Positions 19,566 to 30,711 of a stretch of 64,000 nt of DNA are shown here, piece after piece. The translations under genes and the position numbers were made by a program. Under the pieces are notes generated by a model, which saw nothing but the letters and a program-made list of their open reading frames with translations, searched no databases and was not told where the DNA came from. Position 1 is the first letter of the stretch. Each line of letters starts with the position of its first letter. The stretch comes from a virus, in IMG/VR virus record IMGVR_UViG_3300024265_000043, positions 1-64,000 of that record. One strand, written 5' to 3'.

Positions 19566-20006
19566 ATGCCTGAGCGCGTTGAAATCTTTAACCTTGCAGA
19601 TTGTGCAGTAGAAATACGTACAGAAGATGTTGATGGCGCTCCTGATGTCCTACTTACTTCCTACCTAATATATGTCAATAATGCGACACTAGACGATAGA
19701 CCGACTGTAAGGAAAACCGCCCAAGCTGGCAAACGCGGGAACAGATTGACCACTATTGGTCACGACTATATCCTTTCGTTATCAAGACTTCACGCAAAAT
19801 TTTCAGAAGATTTTGGAATTGCTTCAATAAGTCCTGATGCTACCTATCAAATACTTCTTGTATATACCAATACGGAGAACCCAACTTTGACCGAAACACA
19901 CACCCTGAATGGATGTCAATTAGCAGGGCGAGCAATAAGAACAAATCTGTTGGAGAACACAGTTCCTTTATCCTGGGCGGTAGGGGATTATGTTCCACCG
20001 ACATAG
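19566..20006 (+). CDS. Tail protein (tube-fold-like)
   Basis: 146 aa beta-rich, HTLNGC motif, in tail cluster. Confidence 0.5.
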   Translation: MPERVEIFNLADCAVEIRTEDVDGAPDVLLTSYLIYVNNATLDDRPTVRKTAQAGKRGNRLTTIGHDYILSLSRLHAKFSEDFGIASISPDATYQILLVYTNTENPTLTETHTLNGCQLAGRAIRTNLLENTVPLSWAVGDYVPPT

Positions 20007-20014
20007 GAGGAAAA

Positions 20015-20623
20015 ATGTTAGTGAATACAATTACGGAATTCGTTGAATTCGTCAATCAGCATATTGATGTAGATGGTATGGACGAAGAATCATCGCAAAA
20101 ATTACAAGAATTGAGCGGCAAGGTAATCAAAGAAGCTGAAGACTCAGTAACTGTCAATGCTGAATATGTGATCAAGAAGGTTGAATCATTTGATGACTTG
20201 ACTGCAAAAGTTCACGACACAGTTGAATTTGAGCGTGGCGATTCTATGATTTCAATCCCTGTTCACAGCATCACTGCTGCTGAAATGGCTAAAGTCAGTA
20301 AGACAATGATTGAACTTGAGCCTAAAAAGCCAAAGCCAAGAGACAAAAATGGCGTCCCTGATGAAAATGATCCGCATTATAGTAAAGACTTGGCTGAATA
20401 TCTGACTAAACACCGAGAATATGTTGCGAAGATAAATCTCATAATTTTTAAATTTGGTCTTGACATTAAGATTCCCGAAGGTACAGAGGCAGAGCAATTA
20501 GAACATGTTAATAATCTTGCGGCTGGAGACGGGGATAAGATCGTTGAAAAGATATTTGAGATTTCAAATCTTAATGAAAGCACAGTCGTCCCTTTCGGAA
20601 GTCCCTCACGCCGAGGGAGTTAG
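20015..20623 (+). CDS. Tail assembly chaperone (G-like)
   Basis: GGAGG SD, acidic helical protein ending at a slippery site. Confidence 0.7.
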   Translation: MLVNTITEFVEFVNQHIDVDGMDEESSQKLQELSGKVIKEAEDSVTVNAEYVIKKVESFDDLTAKVHDTVEFERGDSMISIPVHSITAAEMAKVSKTMIELEPKKPKPRDKNGVPDENDPHYSKDLAEYLTKHREYVAKINLIIFKFGLDIKIPEGTEAEQLEHVNNLAAGDGDKIVEKIFEISNLNESTVVPFGSPSRRGS

Positions 20624-20817
20624 AAGGATACGAGCCATCTCCAGGTAGAGAAGTCAAATTGCCTTGGAGATTGCTGGAGATGATTACTGCAAAGGCATGG
20701 GGTATCCCGCCTCACAAATGGGACCTTATGCCTTTGAATAGTCGCGCAGAAATGATTGCTGTTAATGATATTGAAGGATTAATAACAAGTTATAGGCAAG
20801 AACCAGAAGAAAAATGA
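20015..20817 (+). CDS. Tail assembly chaperone, -1 frameshift product (GT-like)
   Basis: -1 frame open from 20590 to TGA at 20815-20817, encoding ...AKAWGIPPHKWDLMPLNSRAEMIA...; overlaps next ATG. Confidence 0.7.
20590..20618 (+). promoter_or_regulatory. Programmed -1 ribosomal frameshift signal
   Basis: C CCT TTC slippery heptamer (20590-20596), 5-nt spacer, TCCCTC-acgcc-GAGGGA hairpin. Confidence 0.75.
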
Positions 20818-21476
20818 TTATAAAGTCCCAACATATCAACAAAATGCGAAATATTGAAGCAGCTTCAATTTATGGAGTAGGCTCCCAGTTGGTTCGCCTT
20901 GAGTGGATAACTGAGACTGGAGGGACATTCGTTCCTTCTCGGAATGCTTATGAAGGTTCTACTAAGGTCACGAACGTCCTTGATAATGTTGCTGCGATAT
21001 GGGGGCCAGTACAGAGGGATCAACGCGAAAAGGTGAGCCTCCAAGAACAAGCGATGGCTATTGATCAGCAGGGGTATTGGTATTTTGATAATTCTCTGAA
21101 TCTTACTGGAAAGCCAAATCTAATTATCCTTCATCGAATGATGGATGAATTATATAGTGGCGACGGAACAGATGCATCAGATGTATGGACTCCAGATGAT
21201 GATCCGTCGTGGACAGTTAATCAGTGGCGTGGCTATTGGCTAGTATTCGCCGCATCAAGATTTAAGATTCTTAGCAACGATGCCACTTCTGTTACTGTTG
21301 ATCTTAATGATGGGATATTGCCTGTTGGCAGTACCGCTGGAGAAATCCTCACGTTTGTTAAATGGGATCCTGATAGGGATGATTTGAGCAATCCAGGCGG
21401 ATCACTGTCACCAATCGGTCAGGAAGATGTCTTTCAATCATTATTATGCACCCGCTTGGGTATTATAGGTGTATAA
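20814..21476 (+). CDS. Head-closure/neck-like protein with inserted W-x-x-N-x-W module
   Basis: Position; internal SWTVNQWRGY...ILSND module also present in tail proteins. Confidence 0.5.
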   Translation: MIIKSQHINKMRNIEAASIYGVGSQLVRLEWITETGGTFVPSRNAYEGSTKVTNVLDNVAAIWGPVQRDQREKVSLQEQAMAIDQQGYWYFDNSLNLTGKPNLIILHRMMDELYSGDGTDASDVWTPDDDPSWTVNQWRGYWLVFAASRFKILSNDATSVTVDLNDGILPVGSTAGEILTFVKWDPDRDDLSNPGGSLSPIGQEDVFQSLLCTRLGIIGV

Positions 21477-21973
21477 TGAGTGGAATGACGCTTAAAGGAT
21501 ATACGAGGGTTAATGCTCAATTAATGGGACTTGGCAAGTTCCAGAAGAAAGTTCAAACTGCCGTGAACAGAGAATTGCCCGCAATGGAATCACAGGCAAG
21601 AAGTGATGTGCTTGAAGTCGTTTACAGCGCCCCAGAAAATCCTGACTTTCCAAGATCAGGCAATATGGCCGCAGCAACTGATGTAATTATGACAAGCGAT
21701 CCTGATTCTGTTACTGCTAACGTGATGTTGAATCCTGATAAAGCGAATGAGCCCTTCAATTACACTTATGCAGGGAATGTATCGCCATCAGGTCTTAGAA
21801 GTTTCTACGATTTGACTTCTCGTGGAGGCAAAAAATGGTACCCAATCTATGTTATGCTGGGTATATTCTTTCGTAAAACAGGCGCTCCAAGAGATTATCG
21901 CTTGAAGTGGCGAGAGACGATATATCCTATGTTCAAATCTATTGCAGGGAAGGCAGTAAGGGCTTTTAGATAA
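21476..21973 (+). CDS. Neck / tail completion protein
   Basis: Basic protein with RSGNM, Y..YV..G, PRDY pattern reminiscent of HK97 gp10-like proteins. Confidence 0.5.
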   Translation: MSGMTLKGYTRVNAQLMGLGKFQKKVQTAVNRELPAMESQARSDVLEVVYSAPENPDFPRSGNMAAATDVIMTSDPDSVTANVMLNPDKANEPFNYTYAGNVSPSGLRSFYDLTSRGGKKWYPIYVMLGIFFRKTGAPRDYRLKWRETIYPMFKSIAGKAVRAFR

Positions 21974-22449
21974 TGGCTATTACGACTATATTTGATCCAA
22001 CCAAGTTTCGAGTCAGTATTCAAGAAATGATTTTTGAATGGTTGACCGATGCTCTTGGAGATAGTGTATCTGAGATTACTACTAATACCATTAAAGACGA
22101 GGATTTGGAGAAACTCGATAAATCTATTTGTCAATACAAGGTAAGTTCGCCGTCATCTAGAAGCACTGGGGCTGGGGCTCTTAATCGGGAAGCAGTATTC
22201 AAAAACGTTACAGTAACTATTGGATTTAAAGCGAGATCACAAGTCGAGGAACTTGAATTAGATTTGCTGGATGATATACTTCTTGCTTATATGCAAAGCC
22301 CTGATCCAACAAAGGGGCGCAAAGCACTTGGCGTCGCTGGGCTCAGAAGTGGATTGCTGACTGGGCCTATGGATAACAATAGTAAAATCTATTATTTACA
22401 TAGATGGATATTATCTGTTAGGGTCTTAACGCAAGGGGTAGCACCATAA
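21973..22449 (+). CDS. Tail terminator-like protein
   Basis: 158 aa, position after neck gene. Confidence 0.45.
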   Translation: MAITTIFDPTKFRVSIQEMIFEWLTDALGDSVSEITTNTIKDEDLEKLDKSICQYKVSSPSSRSTGAGALNREAVFKNVTVTIGFKARSQVEELELDLLDDILLAYMQSPDPTKGRKALGVAGLRSGLLTGPMDNNSKIYYLHRWILSVRVLTQGVAP

Positions 22450-25250
22450 TGTCGAATCAATTAGACGACCTGATTCTACAATTAAAGTCCGTTGGATTTA
22501 TTTCAGCGACTAAAGAAGTTAATAATCTACGTGCATCTCTCGCGAAACTTAATACTACTGTTTCAAGAACAAATAAGTCTTTTAAGAAAAGCGAAGCTGC
22601 TCTAAATAGCGCCAATAAAACAATCTCCAAATATGAGAAAAAATTATCTGCCTCTGCCGTTCAAGTTAAAAAACTCAAAACCCAAGTTGATCAATTAAGT
22701 GGCAAAAAAGGACTTGGCGGATTCCTTGGCTTGACCGATTCTATTGGTAAGACCATAGCCAAGGTTGCGCTGTGGAGTTTAGCTACAGGTGTTGTCTTCA
22801 GTACAATAAGAGCATTCAAGGCGGGTATATCCACGATTACTGAGCACGACGCTCAAATGATTGGACTGAGAAAGGTTTATTCTGGAGCAACGGAAGACCT
22901 TGCTGGTGTTGAACGTGGCGTCCTTGAAGTTGCTACCGCCATGAAGTCATTGAATGCGAGTGCTTTTGATGCGGCCATTACAGTGGCTAAAACTGGCCGA
23001 GTGAATCTTGATATTATTGAATTGACCGAAGGCGCATTGATTGCGCAAAATATTGCTGAACTCGAAGCAGCAGATGCTGTCAAATTCCTTAATTCCGCTC
23101 TAATCCAATTCAACATAGAAGCCAATCAAACTATCAGGATATTGGATGAATGGAACGAATTGTCCAATAAGACTCCAGCGACCACGAGAGATTTGGCGCA
23201 AGCAGTTACTGTTGCTGGTAGTGTATTTGATCAAGCTGGCGCAAGTATTCAATTCCTGAATGCGACCACGGCGGCTCTCGTTGAAATCACAGCGAAGTCC
23301 GGTAATATTATTGGTCGTGCCGAGCGCACAATGGCTATTTATGCGCAAAGACAGAAAACAGTTTCAATCCTCGGCAGAATTGGCATTGAAGTCTTTGATA
23401 AGCAGAATCAACAATTCATCGGTATAGATCGTCTCCTATTCTCAGTGGCTGAAAAATGGGAGAATATGACTGATAAGATGAAAACCAATGTTGCTCAGGC
23501 AATTGCAGGTACTAGGCAGCAACAATTCTTTATTGCGTTGATGGAAAATCAAGATATCGTGCTTAAAAATCTTGCCATTCAGTGGAATTCATTTGGATCA
23601 GCAGTCAAGGAAAATGAGAAATTCCTAGAATCAATTATCAAGGAAGCAAATGCCCTTGTTAATGCCCTTGAGAGACTTGCGATTAAGGCTGGGGATGCTG
23701 GGCTTACGGCGGTAATAAAGAATCAAATTCGTGCTCTCACTGATCTTGTTAATGGATTGCAATCAGCGAAAGGCGCTCTTGCGGCATTGGCTACAGGCGT
23801 TAGTATATTCGCATTAGGAATGATTGGTGGGGCAAAGGCTGTTGATGTTATGACGGCATCAATGGCGAGGCTTGGGGTTTCTGTTGGGGCAGTATCAAAA
23901 TTTATCACAAAGTTTTTAGTGTGGTTCGTAGCAATTGAAGCTGGTATTTTCATCTTTAATGAGTTGACTGGTGCAACTGATAGATATGCCAGAGAATTAG
24001 ATAAACTTGCCGATAAGCAAAAGGCCATCGCAGATGCAGGCGCTGCGAATAAAAAACAACTGAAAAGTATGGTGGAAACAGTTGAAGATCTGCTTGCAGC
24101 AGGACGTAAAGATGAACTCTCAGATGTTTTGGAAACTATTGATGATATAACTAAAAGAATGTTTGGCGATACAGTTATCACCAATATCAATAATTATGAA
24201 GGGGCCTTAGAGGATTTACGTAAGAAAATGTTAGAAGTTGGCAATGAAGCCCTTCGTGCTGAAATATCTTTATTGCGTATTTCTCTGGCGAAATTACCCA
24301 AGCCTGAATTCAAACGGCTTCAACCAACAAAGGGAGCGCCTAAAGGGAAACAAGCGGGAGGCGTAGTAGTACCCCGCGAAGGCTTTGTCGCAGAATTAAC
24401 TAGCATGACAAGTGGTCTTATATCTGCAACTACAGCTATTGATAAAACTTTAGCTCAAGGTGCTCGGCAAGTGGCTGGATTTTCAGACGAATTGACCAAG
24501 GAAGGCGAGCGTGTAAAAAAGGAAGCAGAATCAATCCTTGAATTGATTGAAGACCTTGAAAAGAAATTAAGAGATCCTGATAAGCCCAAGGATAGAAAGC
24601 CCTTAATTGCTCTGCCTGACGAAGGTGAACTCAGAAAAATTGAACAGGAAATTCAACGAATATCAAGGATTTTTGAAGGCGGCATTAGCCGTGCAATTGC
24701 TTCTGGATTCGAGGGTGATGAAGTTCGTGCAGCAGCTCGCAATATGGCTGATCAGTTAGGCAATCTTGTCGGGATGAGCATACAAGAATCACTTCAGACT
24801 TCCCTTACGGCATCTGGATTCAGTAAGTTCTTAACTGGCGCTATCAGCGGCGGCGTTGCTGGAATCGCTACTGGTATTATTGGATTCCTAGCCAATCAAT
24901 TATTTGGAGAACAATCAGAATCAGATAAACAATTGAATGCGACTGAAGAGAACACAATTCAACTCAGAGCATTAACGGATACTATGGAGAGTCTATCATC
25001 AACATTTGTCAATGCTCCAACGGGATTTGCATTTCCTGCTGCTAGTGGGGCTGTCTCAAGTGGCGGGACTGCGGCAAGCATCGGGGGATCCCAATCAATA
25101 CAGTCTATTGACCAAAGTATTACCATTGCTAAAGGAGCCATCAATGTTAATGCCGCTCAAAATCAATCCCCAGCAGATATATCTAATCAAATAAGCAAAG
25201 ATTTGACAGATCAATTCAGCAAAGGCGCTCATGTAAGGACAGGATTCTAA
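22449..25250 (+). CDS. Tape measure protein (TP901-like core)
   Basis: 933 aa helical Ala-rich, ILDEWNELSN..DLAQAV, AIAGTRQQ motifs. Confidence 0.9.
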   Translation: MSNQLDDLILQLKSVGFISATKEVNNLRASLAKLNTTVSRTNKSFKKSEAALNSANKTISKYEKKLSASAVQVKKLKTQVDQLSGKKGLGGFLGLTDSIGKTIAKVALWSLATGVVFSTIRAFKAGISTITEHDAQMIGLRKVYSGATEDLAGVERGVLEVATAMKSLNASAFDAAITVAKTGRVNLDIIELTEGALIAQNIAELEAADAVKFLNSALIQFNIEANQTIRILDEWNELSNKTPATTRDLAQAVTVAGSVFDQAGASIQFLNATTAALVEITAKSGNIIGRAERTMAIYAQRQKTVSILGRIGIEVFDKQNQQFIGIDRLLFSVAEKWENMTDKMKTNVAQAIAGTRQQQFFIALMENQDIVLKNLAIQWNSFGSAVKENEKFLESIIKEANALVNALERLAIKAGDAGLTAVIKNQIRALTDLVNGLQSAKGALAALATGVSIFALGMIGGAKAVDVMTASMARLGVSVGAVSKFITKFLVWFVAIEAGIFIFNELTGATDRYARELDKLADKQKAIADAGAANKKQLKSMVETVEDLLAAGRKDELSDVLETIDDITKRMFGDTVITNINNYEGALEDLRKKMLEVGNEALRAEISLLRISLAKLPKPEFKRLQPTKGAPKGKQAGGVVVPREGFVAELTSMTSGLISATTAIDKTLAQGARQVAGFSDELTKEGERVKKEAESILELIEDLEKKLRDPDKPKDRKPLIALPDEGELRKIEQEIQRISRIFEGGISRAIASGFEGDEVRAAARNMADQLGNLVGMSIQESLQTSLTASGFSKFLTGAISGGVAGIATGIIGFLANQLFGEQSESDKQLNATEENTIQLRALTDTMESLSSTFVNAPTGFAFPAASGAVSSGGTAASIGGSQSIQSIDQSITIAKGAINVNAAQNQSPADISNQISKDLTDQFSKGAHVRTGF

Positions 25251-25702
25251 TGCCCAGCGTACTCTACCTTGATACGGTAAATACTTTTGACTCAGGGAGC
25301 GAATTTCAACTTCCTATTAACCCCTTGCCGCCTCGGGGGATGGTGGCGAATCAGCCTGCAAAGCCGTTCCAAACTCTTCAAGGTCCAGGCGGGATACAAG
25401 CACCGAAAGAATGGTTTCCTCTAATCATTTTACCGTGGCCCGATATTGTGAAAGGGAATACAAATCACGATGTATTGCTTGCGGCATTTGAATCTAGGCA
25501 GTATGTGAAAACAGGAGTAGATTATTTCATTGGCATTTTGCCCGCTGCATCAATAGATGATGGGTTTCCGTTCCCCACAACTAATAAATATATCAAGATC
25601 CGCATCGTCGAAGTGAAGTCGGCAGAAAATCCAGAAGATAATAATATGGATGCTGTTATATATAATATGGTCGTGAGCGCAATCTGGCTGGATGCTTTCT
25701 AA
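25250..25702 (+). CDS. Distal tail (Dit-like) protein
   Basis: 150 aa immediately after tape measure; LPINP motif. Confidence 0.45.
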   Translation: MPSVLYLDTVNTFDSGSEFQLPINPLPPRGMVANQPAKPFQTLQGPGGIQAPKEWFPLIILPWPDIVKGNTNHDVLLAAFESRQYVKTGVDYFIGILPAASIDDGFPFPTTNKYIKIRIVEVKSAENPEDNNMDAVIYNMVVSAIWLDAF

Positions 25703-28700
25703 TGCAACCAGTCAACCCATCATTTGAAACTCTTGTAAATAATGCCCAACGCTTCCCTATTGGGCGCGTCTCGGTTTATGAGACAACTAAATCAGTGCCG
25801 TCTCTGGGATTCAATGCGGCATATTATGCTATAGGACAAGAGACTGATATGGATGTCGTTGATTGGTGGTCGGGATTACCAACAACTAATCCAACAGGCG
25901 TTCTTGATGAAGGCACATTCCTCAGTGGATCCAGTATCATTGAAGAATCAACTATTATGGCATTTGATTGGGGTGTTGCTGGCGTTCCCCCTCCTATATC
26001 GGGGAGAAATGATTTATGGGCAATGCGCCAATACGGATTCTTTTTTGCTCGATTCAGCGGTGTTTACACATTCCATATGGATTCATCTCCACACACTCAA
26101 ATGCGGATGGTTTTTGATAGTTCAGTTGCTCAGTTTGAAGATGATGATAGTGTTGTGGTTGATCGTTGGGCAGGGTCCAATTATGAAAAAACACGACAAG
26201 AATTGCATTGGGATAGTCCGTCATTGGTTGCTGGTACGTGGTATCCCATCCAAATAGAATTCCATGTCCCCAAACAATCCGATCCACAGAACGTATCTAC
26301 ATATCTTTGTATGAAATATGAAGAACCTGACGCCACGACTGATCTTGATTTATGGGGCAATAGTGGTGGAGATATCGTTCCTGATTACCAAAGCGATGTG
26401 GGGATCAAGAAAGTATTATCAGCAGGGGTAGTCAATACAACGAATTCATTTCTATCCCCAATTGTCATTCCTTGGGCTTCTGGATTCTCTGGTTCCCGAC
26501 GGCAGGGGCAATCAACAGATTTTAATTTTACTGTCCCAATCCCTGCTACAACAAATATTGAAGTTCAAACGGCAGCGCTTGATACTGAAATTGAAGTAGA
26601 TAGCGTTGATGGATTCCCAACTGAGGGGGCTCTTGGTATCGGGACAAATCCTGATTCTATGGATATTGTTACGTATACAGGATTAGATACCGCCAACAAT
26701 AAATTCACTGGAGTATCAGGAGTTGGAGTAAATGTCGTAGGAGCCCTTGTCAATCAACTGCTAGGTCTTGATAACAATCAATATGTGGCTGGATATGATG
26801 CACTAACAGGAGCATTTGGTCCTATCAAAGGATTTAGATTGATCCAAATCGAAGGCGGTTTATATGACGGAACTTCTACGGATTATTATTCTGACAGAAT
26901 ATGGGGGAATTTATCTCAAAATCCAATAATTGATAGGGATAATAAATCTGTTTCTTGGATCGTGAGAGATTCTTCATGGATGCTGAATAGAAAATACGAT
27001 AAGAATTATCCCAATCAGGCATCATACTCAATGGCGGGGTATTATGAAGCATTCACATCTACCAATCCTGAGGGCGTGGCTCGCCCTATATGCTATGATA
27101 GATGGACTTCTGGCAACGCCGTGCGCGATATCTTCATGTTGGCAGGCGTTGATCCAGTGTTACTATTTCAACGCGAGAGAATCGCCATATCAGCGTCTCC
27201 AGCGTTTGCGTCCGATTATGGCAGGTATTTGGTTAGCGGAGATCTAATCCTTGATGGAAACCCTAGATACGGGCATCCTGAGAGCATTGAACAACTCAGT
27301 CCTGATGATAGATATATGTGGCAATTCGGCTATGGCACAACTCTATTTGAGAATATTGCCGAAATTGTCAGAGTCTTTGCCTATAACTTTGGCTTTACAC
27401 CGAATGGATTTGCCAAATCTCAGCCAATTGGATTGCCCGATAATGAATTAATTATCAGTGATGCTGAAGTTACTTCGGTTGATACTGCACAAACATGGCT
27501 GGATAAAGCATCAACTGGAGCCTTATCAGCATTTAAGGCGAAATATATTGAGCCTGATGGAACGCCTTCTGTAGGAATGAAAGTATTATTAAGTGCTCAA
27601 TTTTTTAATGATCTTGATCTTATCGTAGGAAGACATTCTGGAGCCAGCCAGGTGATCAAATTGAAAGTTGATGGAGTATTCCAAACGAGTTTGATTATTG
27701 ACGGGCAAACAGTTGCTGGTACTGGTGGAGGCGGTGATGAATTTGATATCACGCGATCTGCTGGAGATTGGTTCTTTAATGATGGGGTTGATACTTCTGG
27801 ATTCAATCCTAGTATTATCAAGATAGCCGCTCCAGTTGCTTATACATCGAAGGCCGTGGAACTTGAAGTTGTCAGCGGGGTAATTCGATTCAATGCTTTC
27901 TTCCTATATAGCAATAGTTCAAGGACGACAATAAGAGATATTGATGAAACTGTGATGTCCACTCTCCGGATGGAAAAAGATATTGAAAACCAGAGAAATG
28001 AAATCGCTGTAATTGGAGCGCTTCAAGGCGTTGCAAGAACAGTAGACGGTCAGATTATAAATACAAATAATCCAATCTATATACATGTGGTTAGTAGATC
28101 AACTGACTTGGGATCAATATATGATTCATCATCTAAGAATTATATTGGGCATATCGTATCGACAGAAATTTATGACGAGAGGATTCTTGACCAAGAACGT
28201 GCCGATTATGTTTCTATTTTTGCGCTTAGAGAATATCGAGAACAATTAGCCTCTGGGGCGGCAGAGATCATGTTTGATCCGAGGTTAGACATCTTAGATA
28301 GTATTGGGATGACTGATGTACATAGCAATGTTATGGACGGACGGCAGGTATGGTTATCTTCAATATCTGAAATCTATGCAATTGATGCTGCTGGAATTCC
28401 TTCGTATACGACTAGGATAAATGATGCGACTCAGCGGGAGCCGCTACCAAGTATGCGATTCAAGCCTGAGCCCGATCTTTCAGATTGGGATGGTGAACCA
28501 ATTGTAAACATAAATTTATTCTATCGAGGATATCGAGCTGCGGGGAATGATGCGAGTCAAGTTGCTCAAGTAATAACCATAGCGAATAGTCCTGGCTGGG
28601 TTGTTAATATGTGGGCTGGCTATTTCATATCCGATGAAACAGGGCATTTATATGAAATTGAATCAAATACTGCCGATACTGTAACTCTCGTTGAATTCCC

Positions 28701-30711
28701 GTCTATTTGGGAGGGTATTAATTGGGCGATTACATTTGACCCCTTGGATGCAGAGAATGGCGAACCGATTGATATTAGATACGATCAAATTTCAAATGCC
28801 AAGGTTGAAATACAAATTGTGGGTAAAAATGGAAGACTAATTGCCAATCTGAATGAAGATACGAGAGACACTATTGTTAATTGGGGCCCCAATAAGCGAA
28901 TCCTATGGAATGGTGAAGTACAATTTGGAGCGAGAGAAGGACGGGTAGATTATCTCGTATCCAAATATACTCTATTTGAGTTTAGGGAAAAACTTCCTAT
29001 CGCCATAAGATTTATATCCAAGATTCAAAATCAATCCACAGGGGCTGAAGAAACCGTTTCTATTGTGTCTCATTCTGAGAATATTGACGGCACGACAATT
29101 TATACTGAGCCATTCATACATTCAACAACGAGAGAGGGAGAAGTAACGCTACATAATCCAAATGGAGCGGCCAAGATTATTCCCAGGATATTGGATGGCG
29201 GTTATTATATTGGTGCGCGAGCATCTGGAAATGTATCAGGATCAGATAATACTATAATTGATGCGGGAAGACTCATCGAGGTCATTGATCAAGGAGGTGG
29301 TCTTTATAGATTGATGATTGAAGGAAGAGGATCTGGTGGGTTTAATCCATTTTCGCTGAATGAATTTAATGGCAAATGGGTGATGTCGGGCAAGAGCGGA
29401 GCAGTTTCCGAAATTATTGATACCGGATTCGACGCTGATGATGGATGGATTGAAATTCAGATGCCAAATGCGGTTACTGCGGCAGATTATTTGAAGCATT
29501 CTGGATTTGAGGGCACGTTCAATTTATGGAGAAACGGGGATCTATCAGATACGAGAGACGATGCAGAATATCCTTGGCTTAAAATTGTAGAGAATCAACA
29601 TCAATCTATTGCATTCAAACAATCTGACAATAGTGGCCTTGGGCTCAAATTGAAATTCACCTCTCCTGATTTTTGGGTTGAGAATATCAATGAAAATATG
29701 TTTCTCGATGGGATTAGCATTGTTGCTTCTTCTGGGTCATTAGAAATAATGCTTCAAGCGAAATTCAAAACGATATGTGAAAACGAATTAACAATTAATT
29801 ATGAGGGGAATATTTATACTATTCCTGCTGGCTCTGATATAAAACTTGCGCAAAATGGTGCTGGGGGGAATCAATCTGCGCTCGATCCAGATGATAATAA
29901 TAGATATTCATCAGGCATCTTGGATTCTGGGTTCAAATCATTAAATATTTCTTTTCAGATATATTGGAGTAAATATTACCCAACAAAATTATGGATGTCT
30001 GCTGGGCAATCTCCAGATGCGCATAATCCCACAGAGGGAACATTTGTAATTGCCGATATAATAAATCTAAAACCCAGAGGGAGATCACAACGGTCAGTAT
30101 TCATTCGTTGCCCTAAAATTGCACCAAAGGCAAAATCTTTTGTCATGGCACCATATATGGAGATTCATCAAATAGCCTCAGGAGACATTATAACTCAGGC
30201 TCAAATTGATGCGGGAAGAAGGCCCGTAAATAGAAATACGGCTGGAGAGATCGGCAATATTCTGACAGAAAATTTAGATTTCGAACTTGATTTACCTGCT
30301 TATAATGAATTTACCGCAGCTAGAGATTTATTTGTAACTGTAAATCCTTCTTCTTTGCAGCAATCCGATGGCCCCAGTGAATCTTTATATTTTTGGAGAT
30401 CACTTACCAATGGGAATACACCTGATAGAGTTGTTTGGGAATTTCTGATTAAACAAGTTATATTTGATAGAATTGGGCGCACGCCTTTGAATTTGCCCGA
30501 TTTTGATATATTTGATCAGGAGGATCAAGAGGAAGTGACATCAACAGATTTTACATTCACAGATTGGAATGCGATTGTTGCATTTTGGCACCCAGAATCT
30601 GGATTCACCACCAGACTTATTCAAGGCGGGACGAATTGGGAATTCATTAAATTCAATGCCAGCAACCTAAATCTACAGAGATTATTGCCTATAAGCGAAT
30701 GGATTAAATGA
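25702..30711 (+). CDS. Large tail tip / hub protein with PA14-like and Ig-like domains
   Basis: 1669 aa; WAMRQYGFF..SGVYTF..LVAGTWYPIQIEF (PA14-like); RNEIAVIG, DPRLDILD hub motifs. Confidence 0.7.
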   Translation: MQPVNPSFETLVNNAQRFPIGRVSVYETTKSVPSLGFNAAYYAIGQETDMDVVDWWSGLPTTNPTGVLDEGTFLSGSSIIEESTIMAFDWGVAGVPPPISGRNDLWAMRQYGFFFARFSGVYTFHMDSSPHTQMRMVFDSSVAQFEDDDSVVVDRWAGSNYEKTRQELHWDSPSLVAGTWYPIQIEFHVPKQSDPQNVSTYLCMKYEEPDATTDLDLWGNSGGDIVPDYQSDVGIKKVLSAGVVNTTNSFLSPIVIPWASGFSGSRRQGQSTDFNFTVPIPATTNIEVQTAALDTEIEVDSVDGFPTEGALGIGTNPDSMDIVTYTGLDTANNKFTGVSGVGVNVVGALVNQLLGLDNNQYVAGYDALTGAFGPIKGFRLIQIEGGLYDGTSTDYYSDRIWGNLSQNPIIDRDNKSVSWIVRDSSWMLNRKYDKNYPNQASYSMAGYYEAFTSTNPEGVARPICYDRWTSGNAVRDIFMLAGVDPVLLFQRERIAISASPAFASDYGRYLVSGDLILDGNPRYGHPESIEQLSPDDRYMWQFGYGTTLFENIAEIVRVFAYNFGFTPNGFAKSQPIGLPDNELIISDAEVTSVDTAQTWLDKASTGALSAFKAKYIEPDGTPSVGMKVLLSAQFFNDLDLIVGRHSGASQVIKLKVDGVFQTSLIIDGQTVAGTGGGGDEFDITRSAGDWFFNDGVDTSGFNPSIIKIAAPVAYTSKAVELEVVSGVIRFNAFFLYSNSSRTTIRDIDETVMSTLRMEKDIENQRNEIAVIGALQGVARTVDGQIINTNNPIYIHVVSRSTDLGSIYDSSSKNYIGHIVSTEIYDERILDQERADYVSIFALREYREQLASGAAEIMFDPRLDILDSIGMTDVHSNVMDGRQVWLSSISEIYAIDAAGIPSYTTRINDATQREPLPSMRFKPEPDLSDWDGEPIVNINLFYRGYRAAGNDASQVAQVITIANSPGWVVNMWAGYFISDETGHLYEIESNTADTVTLVEFPSIWEGINWAITFDPLDAENGEPIDIRYDQISNAKVEIQIVGKNGRLIANLNEDTRDTIVNWGPNKRILWNGEVQFGAREGRVDYLVSKYTLFEFREKLPIAIRFISKIQNQSTGAEETVSIVSHSENIDGTTIYTEPFIHSTTREGEVTLHNPNGAAKIIPRILDGGYYIGARASGNVSGSDNTIIDAGRLIEVIDQGGGLYRLMIEGRGSGGFNPFSLNEFNGKWVMSGKSGAVSEIIDTGFDADDGWIEIQMPNAVTAADYLKHSGFEGTFNLWRNGDLSDTRDDAEYPWLKIVENQHQSIAFKQSDNSGLGLKLKFTSPDFWVENINENMFLDGISIVASSGSLEIMLQAKFKTICENELTINYEGNIYTIPAGSDIKLAQNGAGGNQSALDPDDNNRYSSGILDSGFKSLNISFQIYWSKYYPTKLWMSAGQSPDAHNPTEGTFVIADIINLKPRGRSQRSVFIRCPKIAPKAKSFVMAPYMEIHQIASGDIITQAQIDAGRRPVNRNTAGEIGNILTENLDFELDLPAYNEFTAARDLFVTVNPSSLQQSDGPSESLYFWRSLTNGNTPDRVVWEFLIKQVIFDRIGRTPLNLPDFDIFDQEDQEEVTSTDFTFTDWNAIVAFWHPESGFTTRLIQGGTNWEFIKFNASNLNLQRLLPISEWIK

